Shown piece after piece: positions 1-10,929 of a stretch of 64,000 nucleotides of DNA (positions are counted from its first letter, which is position 1; each line of letters begins with the position of its first letter). The notes under the pieces were generated by a model. The model saw only the letters and a program-made list of their open reading frames with translations, was not told the origin of the DNA and did not search any database. The position numbers were made by a program, and so were the translations under genes. The stretch is taken from contig JANHCV010000001.1 in NCBI GenBank assembly GCA_025594325.1, forward strand, positions 4,836,001 through 4,900,000. Reading direction: 5' to 3'. The DNA comes from Blastocladiella emersonii ATCC 22665 (taxonomy: Eukaryota > Fungi > Blastocladiomycota).

Positions 1-1623
1 GGGCGAGTCGCGCCGCGCCGGCCGCGTCCCGCGCGTGTACGGCAGACCGAAGAAGCGGTGCGCGTGCTCGTTGGCGTCCTCAGTGGCATCCCAGATGGCC
101 GAGTCAAGTTTCGCCGCGCCGTACCCGCCCACGACGCCGCCCGCGAGCCCGCCCACCACGCCCGCGGCCAGGAGCACCCAGCCGGCCGGGTTGCTGACGA
201 GCGCGAGCGTCGCGGCTGTCGTCGCGGCCGCAGCGACCACGCCGCCCGCGGTCCCGCCGAGCGCGGTCGCCGACCGCTTGCGGAACTCGATGACCGTGAT
301 CTTGCCGCGGTGGAGGAGCGACAGGTCGTGGAGCATCATGAGCCCCGTGGTGACGGTGGCGACGCCGCTGGCCTCGAGCAGAGGCGAGAACTTGGTGAGC
401 GTCGGTCCCCACAGCGAGCCCGCCAGGGCGTCGCCGTGCATGGCCGTGAACCCGCCGACGCCGCCAATCGCCGTCTTGGCCGCAATCGCCTCGGCCTTGT
501 CGTACTGCGTGCGCCCGGGCGTCGCGTCCTTGAGCTCGGTCGCGAGTGCGAACACGAAGGTCCCGAGCGCCGCGGTCCCGACGGCGCCGACGACGTTGGG
601 CCCGGCCGACGGGCCCGTGCTCCCGTTGTTGCGCTGCACAATCGACGTGAGCAGCTTGCGCACGTCCTCGGGGTCGACGGGCGACGAGATGTCGGACGTG
701 TACAGCGCCGACGCCTGCATCGCGTCCTCGGCGCGCAGGTGCAGGCTCGCGTCGCGAGGTTTCGCCGACCGCCACTGCTGCAGCACCCACGCCGCTGCGT
801 CCGCCGCCTCGGTGCCCTTGTGTGCGTCGTCGAGCCCGGCCTGCGACGCGGGGGTTTGAGCGGCGAACACGCTCGCGGCCGAGGCGCGGCGCTGCCACCA
901 CTTGCTCAGCTTGTTGCGCACCGACCCAGACTCGGCGGTGGTGGCGCGCGCGTCCGCCTCGGCGACCACGCCCTCTTCGGCGAATGCGTGCAGGACCAGC
1001 GTTTCGCGGATCCGGTCCATGACCTCGTCGACGCCCACGTCGCGCGCCCACCGGTGCGCCACGCGCTGCCCGGGCCCGGCCTTGGCCTGGAACACGCGAC
1101 ACCGGCGCGTCTTCACCTCCTCCTTTTCATCATCGGCTGCCGCCGCCAGGTCCTCGGTCGGCAACGGAATCGCGGTGAACACGAGCCGCTCACCACCCAC
1201 CACGCCCGCCTCTTCAGCCGCCGGCGCGAGAATCACCTGCACCACGCGCCCGTCGCGCAGCTCGTCCTCCATGGCGAGCACGTGCGCCTCGAGGTTGCCC
1301 GCGGCCCGCGCCACCGTGTGGATGTGCACGTCGCCCAAATCGTGCGCGGCGGACGTCGACGTGAGCGGCGCCGTCGCCCACTCGGCGGGTAGGGCGTCGT
1401 GCTCGGCGGGGTTCGCCGGTGGTGGGGCGGAAGCGACCGACTCGAGGTGCTGGTGCAGGTACTCGAGCTCGCGGACTAGCTGCTCGACCTCGTGCATCGA
1501 GAACGGGTCGGCGGCGGTTTCGGGGGCCGGGGCAGGGGCGACGGACGCAGGTGGGGTCGCGGCGCGCGAGGTCGTCGGGGCCTCGGAGGCGTCGGTGGGG
1601 GTGGGGGCGGCTGTGGCCATCAT
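1..1623 (-). CDS. Hypothetical membrane protein with C-terminal glycine-zipper helices (partial; runs off the window start)
   Basis: Manual translation from ATG at 1623 (MMATAAPTPTD...) is open to base 1 with host-like GC3 codons. The C-terminal part has ...TALGGTAGGVVAAAATTAATLALVSNPAGWVLLAAGVVGGLAGGVVGGYGAAKL. It is absent from the ORF track because it has no stop in the window. Confidence 0.7.
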   Translation of the reverse strand, partial: MMATAAPTPTDASEAPTTSRAATPPASVAPAPAPETAADPFSMHEVEQLVRELEYLHQHLESVASAPPPANPAEHDALPAEWATAPLTSTSAAHDLGDVHIHTVARAAGNLEAHVLAMEDELRDGRVVQVILAPAAEEAGVVGGERLVFTAIPLPTEDLAAAADDEKEEVKTRRCRVFQAKAGPGQRVAHRWARDVGVDEVMDRIRETLVLHAFAEEGVVAEADARATTAESGSVRNKLSKWWQRRASAASVFAAQTPASQAGLDDAHKGTEAADAAAWVLQQWRSAKPRDASLHLRAEDAMQASALYTSDISSPVDPEDVRKLLTSIVQRNNGSTGPSAGPNVVGAVGTAALGTFVFALATELKDATPGRTQYDKAEAIAAKTAIGGVGGFTAMHGDALAGSLWGPTLTKFSPLLEASGVATVTTGLMMLHDLSLLHRGKITVIEFRKRSATALGGTAGGVVAAAATTAATLALVSNPAGWVLLAAGVVGGLAGGVVGGYGAAKLDSAIWDATEDANEHAHRFFGLPYTRGTRPARRDSP

Positions 1624-1859
1624 GATGTCGTTCTTGATGCGTTGCAGGTTTACTAGGTTGCTGCAGATAGAGAATACATGTGCGTGCGGCCAGCGCAGTT
1701 TGATGAGGGAGAGAGCGAGGCCAGGGTTCTAGAACCCCTGGCGAGGCCATGCGTGCTGCCCGCGCCACCCTTGTCCACCCAACCCCGAGCCAAGTGCAAA
1801 GAAAAGTGCTCTATAGAAAATAAAATATACACACTGCCGCCCCCTTCCTACCCTCCCTA

Positions 1860-4810
1860 CTACCGCTTGAGGAACTGCTTGTTGAGCAGCTGGATGAGCC
1901 GGGGCACCGACAGCTGGATGTACTCGAGGTCGAGCGCCATGATGCCGTCGTGCTGCTTCTCGAGCAGGTCGTCGAGCCGGAGGTCCATTTCGAGGATCGG
2001 CCGGTCGCGGCCCTTGTAGTCGAGCGACACCAGGAACGACCCGGGCGACGGGCACTGCACGCCCACCGTGATGTTCGGTTTCCGCTGCTCGGGCACGTTG
2101 CTCTCGGTGATGACGCCGTCGCGCTCGAGCTGCGCGTGCGAGAACGACTTGGAGACCACCACGTGCCCGCCGCCGTTGCTGCTGCCACCGGACCGCGTCG
2201 CGTTCGCCACGGCGCCCGCGAGCGCGCCGAGGAACCCGCCCGAGGAGCCCTGCGAGGTCGATGAACCGCCCAATGGCGGCATCGGCTCGGCTGCCGCGGC
2301 GATAGAGCGGCTGGACCCGCCGCCGGAGCTGCTGGAGCTGCTCTTGCCGAACGGCGACTTGCGCCCGCCCGAGCTGCTGGCGACAGCGGCGCCGGCCGTC
2401 TTCATGCGCACGTTGGCGAGGTACGCCTTGTACGTGTCGAGCTGGGAGATGAGGTACTCGTTGTGCTCGCAGATGGTGCGGTACACGGTCTCGAGACTGC
2501 CGGCCTCGGCGAGCACCTTCTGGCGCAGGGTGCCGAGGTGCGCGAGCTCAGCCGCGACTTCTTCCGCCAAAATCCGGTACCCGTCGCGGCGACGGACGAC
2601 CCCCGCGCGCTCGAGGTCGCCGAGCATGTCGAGGGCGCGCTGCGCCATGTGGGCGACGGCCGCGTCGTGGGTGGCGGCAGTGGCGAGGGCGAGTTCGGCG
2701 ACGCGGTCGAGCTCGAGCGGGCCGGTGCGCGGGACGAGCGCGGGGACGCGGCGCAGGAGGTGCACGAACTCGGACTTGGCGTCGAGGAACAGCGCCTCGT
2801 TGGGCGACGTGTCGGTCTGCGTCTTGATGAGCTGGTCCGAGTCGGCGATCTCCGTCTCCCACCGCGAGATGAGCGGGAGCGAGTGCGACGTGTTGAGCGG
2901 GCGCGGGACCTGCGCGGGCGCCGCGGTGCCGAGCTCGTGCAGCAGCGTGTCGAGGTGCGAGCCGGGCTGGCACACAAACTCGCGGTGCTTGAGCAGCAGC
3001 GCGTGCGTCGCAAACACCTCGTTGGTGGTGATGGTGATGTGCAGGTCGCGCTTCGACAGCGCCAGGTACTGGTCGAGCTCGAGCGACTCGTAAAAGTCGC
3101 TCACGTCCGTCAGCGCGAGCAGGAACCGCTGGATCCGGTCCTTGTTCTGCTCGCCCCACGAGTTGAGCGGCGCCATGTACGACTCCTTGACGGCCGACGG
3201 CTTGTTGGCGAGGTTCTGCAGCATCTTGGCGACCAGCGTCAGCGTGCGGCGCGGGTGGGCCGACGGCTGCGACGGGACGAGCATGAAGGCCTGCGGCGTG
3301 ACGATGGCCGGGTTGACGAACCGCAGCATGAAGAAACCGCCGATGAGCGAGCACAGATCCCAGTCGGACGCCTCGGGGTACTTGCGCTTGGCGAGCCCCT
3401 TGATTTGCTTGCAGATCCAGCGGATGCCGTAGGGGACGCTGTCGATCGAGTCGATGATGGTATTGAGGAAGGAGGTGGCGATCTCGAGCAGCATGCGGAC
3501 GCGCGGCACAACGAGCGCCTGGACCTCGGGGATGGCCGCGGCCTCGTCCATGGTGACGGCGGACCGCGCCGGGTCCGTGTCGCCCGTCGACTCGAGGATC
3601 TGCTGGTACACCTTGACGGGGTTGATCTCGAGGTTGAGGTCCTTGTGCTTGATGAGCGAGGCCATGCGCTCGCTCAGCAGCGTCTTGAGGTACGTCTGGC
3701 CGGGCCCGCGGCGCGTGTACGTGGTCATCATGCGCGACACGGGGGTGTTGGCGCGGAGCAGCGACCCGAAATCGGTGGCCTGGTCGAACTGGTGCGACAG
3801 GACCGTCTGGAACATGGACAGCAGCAGGTACTCCTCGCGCGAGTCGTACTGGTTGCCGTACAGCGTGAACATGACCGTCTGCAGCAGGCTGTCCATCTGG
3901 TCGAGCGTGACGCGGCGGCACAGCGTAGCAATGTACCGGGTCTCGGTCTGCAGGATGTAGAACAGGTTGCCGTACAGGCTGGTGCGCCGCTCGTCGAACT
4001 TGGTCACCTGCTGCTGCTGCTTGCGCGCGCCCGACTCGTCCGCGTCCTCCATGACGTGCGCAATGTCGCGCGCCTCCTTGTCGTCGAGCTGCATGCGGTT
4101 CTGGATCAGCAGCGCGATGCGCCCGTCGAGGTACCGCACGTCGCGCTCGAGCGTGAAGTTCTTCTTGGACTGCACCGAGATGAGCTGCTTGAGCTCCTTG
4201 AGCCGCTTCTGGGCTACACGTCGGGAGTCGAATTCGAGGTGGGAGGGAGAGCGTGGGAGGATTCGTCAGTCCGGTCCAGTCCAAACCGAAGCTTTCGCTG
4301 CGGGCGCGAAACGGCAAGTGCGCTCCTCCCGCCCAGCCCGCGGCGTGTGCGCGTGGGGACCCCTCTTGCAGCGGCCGCCAACGAGGCCGCGTCTGCCGGC
4401 TGGCCACATCCGGGGAGCCGGCGTCGACGAGGGGGGCGCCGTCGAACGGGGCGATGGGCCGTGGCGCACACCACTCGCGTGCCGGCGCGCGCTCGCTGGT
4501 GCCGCGGCGCGGCGCGGCGCCGCGCGCACGGACGCAAAGTGGAGCCAAGCGAAGATGATATCTCCGTACCCTGAGCGAGCTCGTCGTCGACGGCCACCTC
4601 CTGCTCGGCGCGGGCGGCCAGGACGTGCGCGTACGAGACGCGCTTGTGGTCGGGCGGCGGGGCGCGGCGGCCGCTCTTGCGCGGGACCGTCGAGGAAGGA
4701 CCACGGGGGTCGGGCAGCGCCGAGGCCATGCCGCCCATGTTGTAGGGGCTGCCGGAGCCGCCGCCGCCGCCGTCGACCATGCCGAGGTGGGTGCTGCTGT
4801 AGGACGACAT
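1860..4810 (-). CDS. gap1: Ras GTPase-activating protein, Sar1/Gap1 type (RasGAP + RasGAP_C), 2 exons
   Basis: ORF 1860..4175 has the RasGAP signature FFMLRFVNPAIVTP and LVAKMLQNLAN. Exon 1 is 4810-4570 and the GT-AG intron is 4569-4214, joining DDELAQ|AQKRLKELKQLISVQSKKNFTLERDVRYLD, which resembles the fungal Gap1 N-terminus. Confidence 0.88.
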
Positions 4811-5345
4811 GCCGAGTCGCCGGCTGCTGCTGTTGTATGGAGTGTAGATGGACTGCTTGCCCTCGTCTAGGTCGTGTAGGATGGAGGAAGGGCCGGGCAG
4901 GTCGTAGCAGGCAGCACGCAGCGAGGGGACGGTTGTCGATGCGTAGCAGCGAGCGAGGGTAGTGTGTCACTCCAGCTGGGAGAGAGCAATCGGGCAAGCG
5001 AGCGAGCGAGTGCGGGTCCCTGCAGCCAGTGCCGGCGGCCAGTGATGCAGCAGAGTCGTGTGCGGGCAGCGTCGGCAGCGGGAGGAGAGGAGAAGCCGAA
5101 GGCAGGGCTGGGCCCGTGGCGTCGACGATCGCTGTCAAGGCCAGATTGCCGCCCGCCCATTGGCTGCAGGTCACGCCGCGTGTAATGACGGCTGCAGCCT
5201 TCTCAACGCGTCCTTGGCCCGAGCTTGCTTCACGCCGCTGCTGCTGTGCCACCACGCCTGTGCGCAAGCGCGTCCCACGCCATACCATCATCGCGCATCG
5301 CGGTTCTATTCTTGGGAGCATCGTACACGCGCCGTACATGAAAAT

Positions 5346-7294
5346 TCAAACAACAACAGCATCTCGCGCTTCAGGCCACGGCGAGCCCCTGCAGCGCCTG
5401 CTGGATCACCGACACGGCGCCGTCCTCGTGCAGCGTCTCGGCGTACTTGAGCGCCGTCTCGTACCCGCCGCGCGCCTTGGCCGGATCCACCTTGGCTACA
5501 CGTTTGTGAACAGCGTCAGCCCATGCTCGCACGTCTCCATCAATCCTCGCAACAGCGTCAGCGTACCAAACACCTGACCCTCAAGGACGTGCGAGTTGAG
5601 CAGCCAGCGGGGCTCGGCCGACTCGACGGCGAACGCGCACGACTTCTCGGCCATGGCGCGCGCCTGGTCGTCGCGCCCGAGCTCGAGGTAGCACCGCGCA
5701 ATGTCGTGGTACAGCCACGCCTTCTCGACCGGCGACAGCGGGTACTCGAACCCGAGCTTGCGCTCCCAGTACGCCGCCGCCTCGCTGAACTTGCGCTGCT
5801 TGGCGTACGCGCGGCCTAGGTGCCCGAGCGTCATGGACTGCACCTCGGGCGTGATCCCCGACGACGACAGGGCTACATTCGTGCACCGAGGGTTAGTTCG
5901 TGACTCGTCGACGGCACCGGCGTGAGCGTCGTACCCTGCAGGTACCGCTTCTCGGCCTCGGGGTAGTTGCCGAGCTCCATGGCCGCCGTGCCCATGACCG
6001 ACAGCACGTGCGCGCGCAGCTGGTCGCGGTCCTCGACGTTCTCGAGCTTGGCCGACAGGAAATCGCGACCGAGGTTGATGACGCGCTTGTGGTTAGCCGC
6101 CGCGATCGCGCGGTCGATGGCCACGAACAGCTCGCGCGGCGACAGCACCTTGCGCTTGGGCGGCGCGTTCGGGTCGGTGCTCGGGCTGCGCGTCGACGAC
6201 GACTTGGTCGGCGACCCGGGCGACGACTCGCCGCCTGTCGCAGCAGCCGCGGCCGCCGCCGCGCGGTCCTTTTCGCGCGCCTGCTGCCGGCTCCGCGCGC
6301 TCGCCATCTTGGTCCGGATCGTCTGCGCCTCCTTGCGCCGCGCGTAAATCGGCTTCTGCTGCCGCCAGAACTCGGTCCGCGTCTCGAGGTACTTGAGCGC
6401 ATCGCTTACCAGGTCGAAGATCCGGTCGTTTGGGTTGTTGACAAAGTCTACTCGCAAGTGTCCGTCAGCGCAAATCGTCGAGAGTACTGTAGGCAACACG
6501 TACCGCGGTCGTTGAGAAGCTGCTCGAGATACTGCTTGTCCTCGTGCAGCTCGCCGAGCAGCTGCTTGACGTCGCGCTGCGGCGGGACGGGCGCCGCGGA
6601 CTCGCCGCGCGGGATGATCTTGCGCGTGTTGTTGAGCGTGCTGACGACCACGCCGCCCGCGCCCTTGTCGCCCTTGGCCGACTTCTTCTGCTGCGACGAC
6701 CGCGCCTGCGGTGGCGACATCTGCCGCTTGTTGGTATCGGTGGCCTGGCTCGCCGGCGCCTTGAACTTGTAGTCGCGCGGGTCGCCGATGCTGTTGTCGA
6801 TGGCCTCGCGCGCCTTCTGGATCCCGAGGCGGAACTCGTCGAGCTCGGGCCGCAGCTTGTTGCCGCGGTGGTAGAAGACCAGGGCCATCTCAAAGTCGCC
6901 CTTGGCGTACAGCGCCTCAGCCTTCTGGTACATGCCCTTGAAGAACTCGGCGTCCTCCTTGAGCGCCGTCTCCGCGTCCTGCAGCGCCTGGTCCGCGTCG
7001 CCCAGCTGCAGGAAGCACTTGGACCGCGCCACCAGGCAGTTTTTCTCCGTAGGCCGCATGTTGAGCGCCTACACGAGGGACGGGGTCAGCACTGCGCGAC
7101 CCGACGACACATCTCTAGGAGGATCGCAGCCGTGCCTTGGTGTACGCTTCAATCGCCTTGCGATACTCGCCCTGTTTGGCGAGAATGTCGCCCTCGGCCG
7201 CGTAGCTCTGGAACGAGCTCACGGGCCCCTCCACCTCGCTCCCGTCGCCATCGAAATCGGCCGGCGGGTTCTGGGTCGCGGGTGTGCTCGGCAT
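5346..7294 (-). CDS. ODAD4: Outer dynein arm docking complex subunit 4 (TTC25), TPR protein, multi-exon
   Basis: Exons read SFQSYAAEGDILAKQGEYRKAIEAYTKA / KNCLVARSKCFLQLGD...KGMYQKAEALYAKGDFEMALVFYHRGNKLRPE..FRLGIQKAREAIDNSIG and FWRQQKPIYAR, which are recognisable TTC25 motifs. The last exon is AKVDPAKARGG...DAVVV*. Confidence 0.9.
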
Positions 7295-7805
7295 GGTTGG
7301 ATCAGACGCGTTGCGCGCAGTTACATGGGTTCCAGTGTGATTCGTGGTGAGTATGTGAGCTCGCGAAGCGTTGCGGCGGCGGCGAAGTCGCTGGTCGCGT
7401 CGACGCGTCTCGAAAGCACGTGCAGGAGTGGAGACAAAAACGTGCAGCTGAGCCACGCGTGAGACAAGGATCCCCGCCTGTTCCTCCGCCCGCCGCACTC
7501 GACTCGATGGGCTAACGTAGCTTCATGCAACGTGCTTGTGGGCGCTTGTGGGCGCTTGCGGAGACGCAGCGCGCCACCACCTCACGGTTTGCGACGGGGC
7601 GCAAGGGATGAACCTGAGCGGTCGGTGATTGGACGCGAGGTCGGCGAGATGCGGGTTGTTGCTCCGCCGGCGCACGCGCAGATCTTGAGCGTCCCGCCGC
7701 CGCTCTTCGCCACACTTGGAGCCGTGCACGCGCTAGGCGACCGGGACGAGTATAAAGGCGGCGCCGGCGGTCGACATGAGGCTCTCTTCCTCCTCGCACG
7801 CCACC

Positions 7806-8860
7806 ATGACAGCTGCTTCAGGATCGGGCACAATCGTCGGCTCCGGCTCGGTGCTGCCCACGACGAAGTGGGCGGACGGCCTGCTCTTCGTACGGTCGTT
7901 CTCACCCACAGCTGTACCGAGCGCCACTGATCCGTGTGCGACGCGTAGACGCCGCTGACGCGCGAACTCAAGCCCTTTCTCCTCGCAACCCGGAACCTGA
8001 CGTGGGCTGAGGACCAAATCGACGCGTGGTTCGACATTCAGGAGAAGGACGCACCCGAGGGCCCGCGTCGCCGCATGTTCGCGCTCTGGATCCCCGCCGC
8101 CGACTGGGACGCCGGCCTCGCCGCGTATGAGGTCGTGAACGGCCCCGGCCGCGTCGTCAAGAGCAGCGACGGGACGTCCGTGGAGGGCGTCGACCTCCGC
8201 GCCGCCTGCGCCACGCTGCGCACCGACGAAGACCTCTGGCGCCCGGTTGCGACGGTCGCCATCGAGTACGAGAACCTCGACTACGGCCTCGACGTGTTCG
8301 GCGGCGACGCTGACCTCATGCGCCGCGCGTACGCGTGCCGCGAGACGGCGACCGCGGCCGGGTCGATGCTCGCGACGCTGCCGCCCTTTGCGCGCCTCGG
8401 GTGCGGCGTCGCGTGTCTCGAGTTCGCCGAGCGCCACGTCATGGCGCAGGGCCGCGGGTGCGGCGACGAGACGCTGCCCGTGATCCGCCGCGCCGCGACC
8501 GCGGCGCCCAGCAGCGACGAGCGGCTCGCCCGCCTGTACACGCGCCAGGGGTGCACGCGCGAGTTTGTCGGCAGGGTGTACTGGGGCGAGGCTAGCTTCT
8601 ACGTTAAGGACCTGGCGCCCATTGGCGAGACGGTGCGGGCCGCTTCGCAAGAGCAGGCCGCGGTTCAAGTCAGAGCTTCACCCGTTTCGGTTGCCAACAC
8701 CAAGCAGAAGAAGTTTGGTCTTGTGCGTCGACTCGCCATGCTGCCCTCAAAGGTTTGGAAGTTGCTGGGTATGCATGGGCCGGTGAAGCCGCCCCGCCAA
8801 CTCCGCCGCTCGAAGGAGAACTCGGCCGAGACGCAGCGCAGCGCCGTGGTCTCCGCCTGA
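7806..8860 (+). CDS. GNAT-family N-acetyltransferase-like protein (paralog 1), 2 exons
   Basis: Exon 1 is 7806-7889 (MTAASG...WADGLLF) and the intron is 7890-7948. Exon 2 reads TPLTRELKPF...MFALWIP...AMLATLPPFARLGCGVACLEFAE (motif A-like) and LARLYTRQGC (motif B-like). Confidence 0.6.
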
Positions 8861-9322
8861 TGCCATGAGTCTAAGCAATACAGACTTTTACTACAGACTT
8901 ATGACTGCGCATAAACCCTTCGCCCGTTCGTGATGAAGCAAGCGCTAGCTGAGACGGAAGCTCCTCGAAGTACGAGGCCGCGAGCGGAAGCGATCTCGCA
9001 ACGCGTCCCGCAGCAAGCCTCTCAACTCGAGTAAATACTCGCGCCGTTCATAGCTAATAGTGGCGCGCCGCAGGCTGCGGGCGCTACGACCGTGACGCGT
9101 GCGGGGAGCGGTGAGCCGCAGCGGGCCGACCTGAAACGCGACGCGGTCGGCGGTCAACGGCCGCGTCCAAGTTTAGCTGCAGCTCGCTTTACGCCGAGTG
9201 CGAGCGCTCTGAAGTACAAAAGACCTCGACTCCCCGATCTACTCCAACGATATCAGTATCAGTATCAGCACCAGCATCAACCCAACCAGCACTCCATCAC
9301 ACCACCCATCAAGCAATCCAGC

Positions 9323-9760
9323 ATGACCTTCTGCGCTCCGATCCACGTCCCGACCGTCCAGGCCCAGTCGCAGTCGCAGTCGCAGTCGCAGATGCAGTCC
9401 CAGTGGGGCAACCACCACGGCGACGTCGCCCAGACCCAGTCGCAGAGCCAGTCCCAGTCGCAGTGGTCGCACGGCCACGGCGACGCCTTCATGTCGCAGT
9501 CGCAGAGCCAGTTCCAGGCGGGCGGCCACAACTCGGTCGACGGCGTGTTCGTTGGCGGCAACCCCGACACGTGGAGCCCCTCGACAAACGATGTCTTTGT
9601 CGGCGGCAACCCCGATACGTGGGCTCCCTCGTCCTCGAGCGACGGCTTCGTCGGCGGCGACCCGGCGACTTGGGCTCCTGCCAACGACGCCGGATTCGTG
9701 GGCGGCAACCCTGATACGTGGGCTCCCTCGGACGACCTCGTCAGCAGCTGCCTCTTCTGA
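9323..9760 (+). CDS. Small repetitive protein: (QS)n N-terminal half plus four FVGG(N/D)P(D/A)TW(A/S)P repeats
   Basis: This is the ATG 9323 portion of ORF 9092..9760, with strongly GC3-biased codons and peptide repeats that vary at synonymous positions. Confidence 0.75.
   Translation: MTFCAPIHVPTVQAQSQSQSQSQMQSQWGNHHGDVAQTQSQSQSQSQWSHGHGDAFMSQSQSQFQAGGHNSVDGVFVGGNPDTWSPSTNDVFVGGNPDTWAPSSSSDGFVGGDPATWAPANDAGFVGGNPDTWAPSDDLVSSCLF
9548..9727 (+). repeat. Four coding repeats of an 11-codon unit FVGGNPDTWxP with 5-6 aa spacers
   Basis: Units start at 9548, 9596, 9647 and 9695. Confidence 0.95.
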
Positions 9761-10929
9761 TCGAAGCTGAAGCGGCTCTGCCTCGGTCCACCTTGTACAT
9801 TTGTATCCAAGCTTCTATTAGCATACATGTCTCCTTCATCATCATGTTTCCTTGCGAGCGAATTGAGCGACACGAAGGGGGCGCGAGTTGAATCGTGATG
9901 GCCGATGTGATCTGAGTCGCACCCCGCCGGCCGCGACGATCGTGGCCGTGCCGGTGTTTCGCACTCTGGCAGTCCGGCAGTGCCTTGACGAGAATGGCAC
10001 ATTAAACAGTTCTAGAGTCTCATGATGTCTTTCGGTCAACCGGATCGGGCAGCGTGTTTGCGCACGAGTGGGGGCAGCCGAGTAGGGGCAGCCGAACTCG
10101 AGGTGGCGTCGTGGCGCGACGACGCGCCGCGAAATCACGTTTTGTCTCCGCCCAAGTGCGAGACGCGTCTCCCCCACCTGGGACATCATCTCCCAGTGAC
10201 CAAGTATCATCCCGACGCCACCGCATGGCCCGGTGAGGCGGCGTGATGGTATCCCGTAGCCCAAGTCAACACTCGGTGCAACGGCGAGCGATCGCGGGCC
10301 CGCCCCCGCCCCTCAAATACCGGCCTGATCCCCGGCCATCCCCTGACTCTCTCACCCCAAGAGCGAATAACATCCACTGTTGCGTCAATGCCTAGCTTGT
10401 TCCACCGCGCGCTCCCCCCTATCCGTGCCGAGTCCGAGCCGCGTCTGTGGCAGCGGCGCAGGCTCCTTGGACCACGGCCAAGCGATCATGGCGACGTGTA
10501 AAGACAGCGGAGGTGGTACGGCCTTCGCCCACCATGGAGTGTGGATATGGTGCTACTTTATAGTCTCTCTAAACCGCCGATTCTTGTGGATTGGATATTT
10601 TGCTGCTTAAATAGAACTCTGTTTTCCCGTGCGGCTGTTCGAAACACTATTCTTTCCCGATCCAAGTAATCGTTCCTATCCTCACGAACGGACTCGCGTT
10701 GCTGCCGCCTCGCTTACGCTGGGCTATTGTGACTGAGGGCTTTGTCATCATCAGTGGCTTTAGTTAAGATTTGCCTCGCCGACACGCTACAGCGTTCTCT
10801 CGTATCGCTCGGGGCGGCGGCGTGTAAACCTGAAACGCGACGCGTTGTTCATCTTGAACTCGAACGGGGCGCTCGACGAGAGGAAGGCCTTTGAGAATGC
10901 ATGATCATTATATATCTGAGCTCTTGAAA

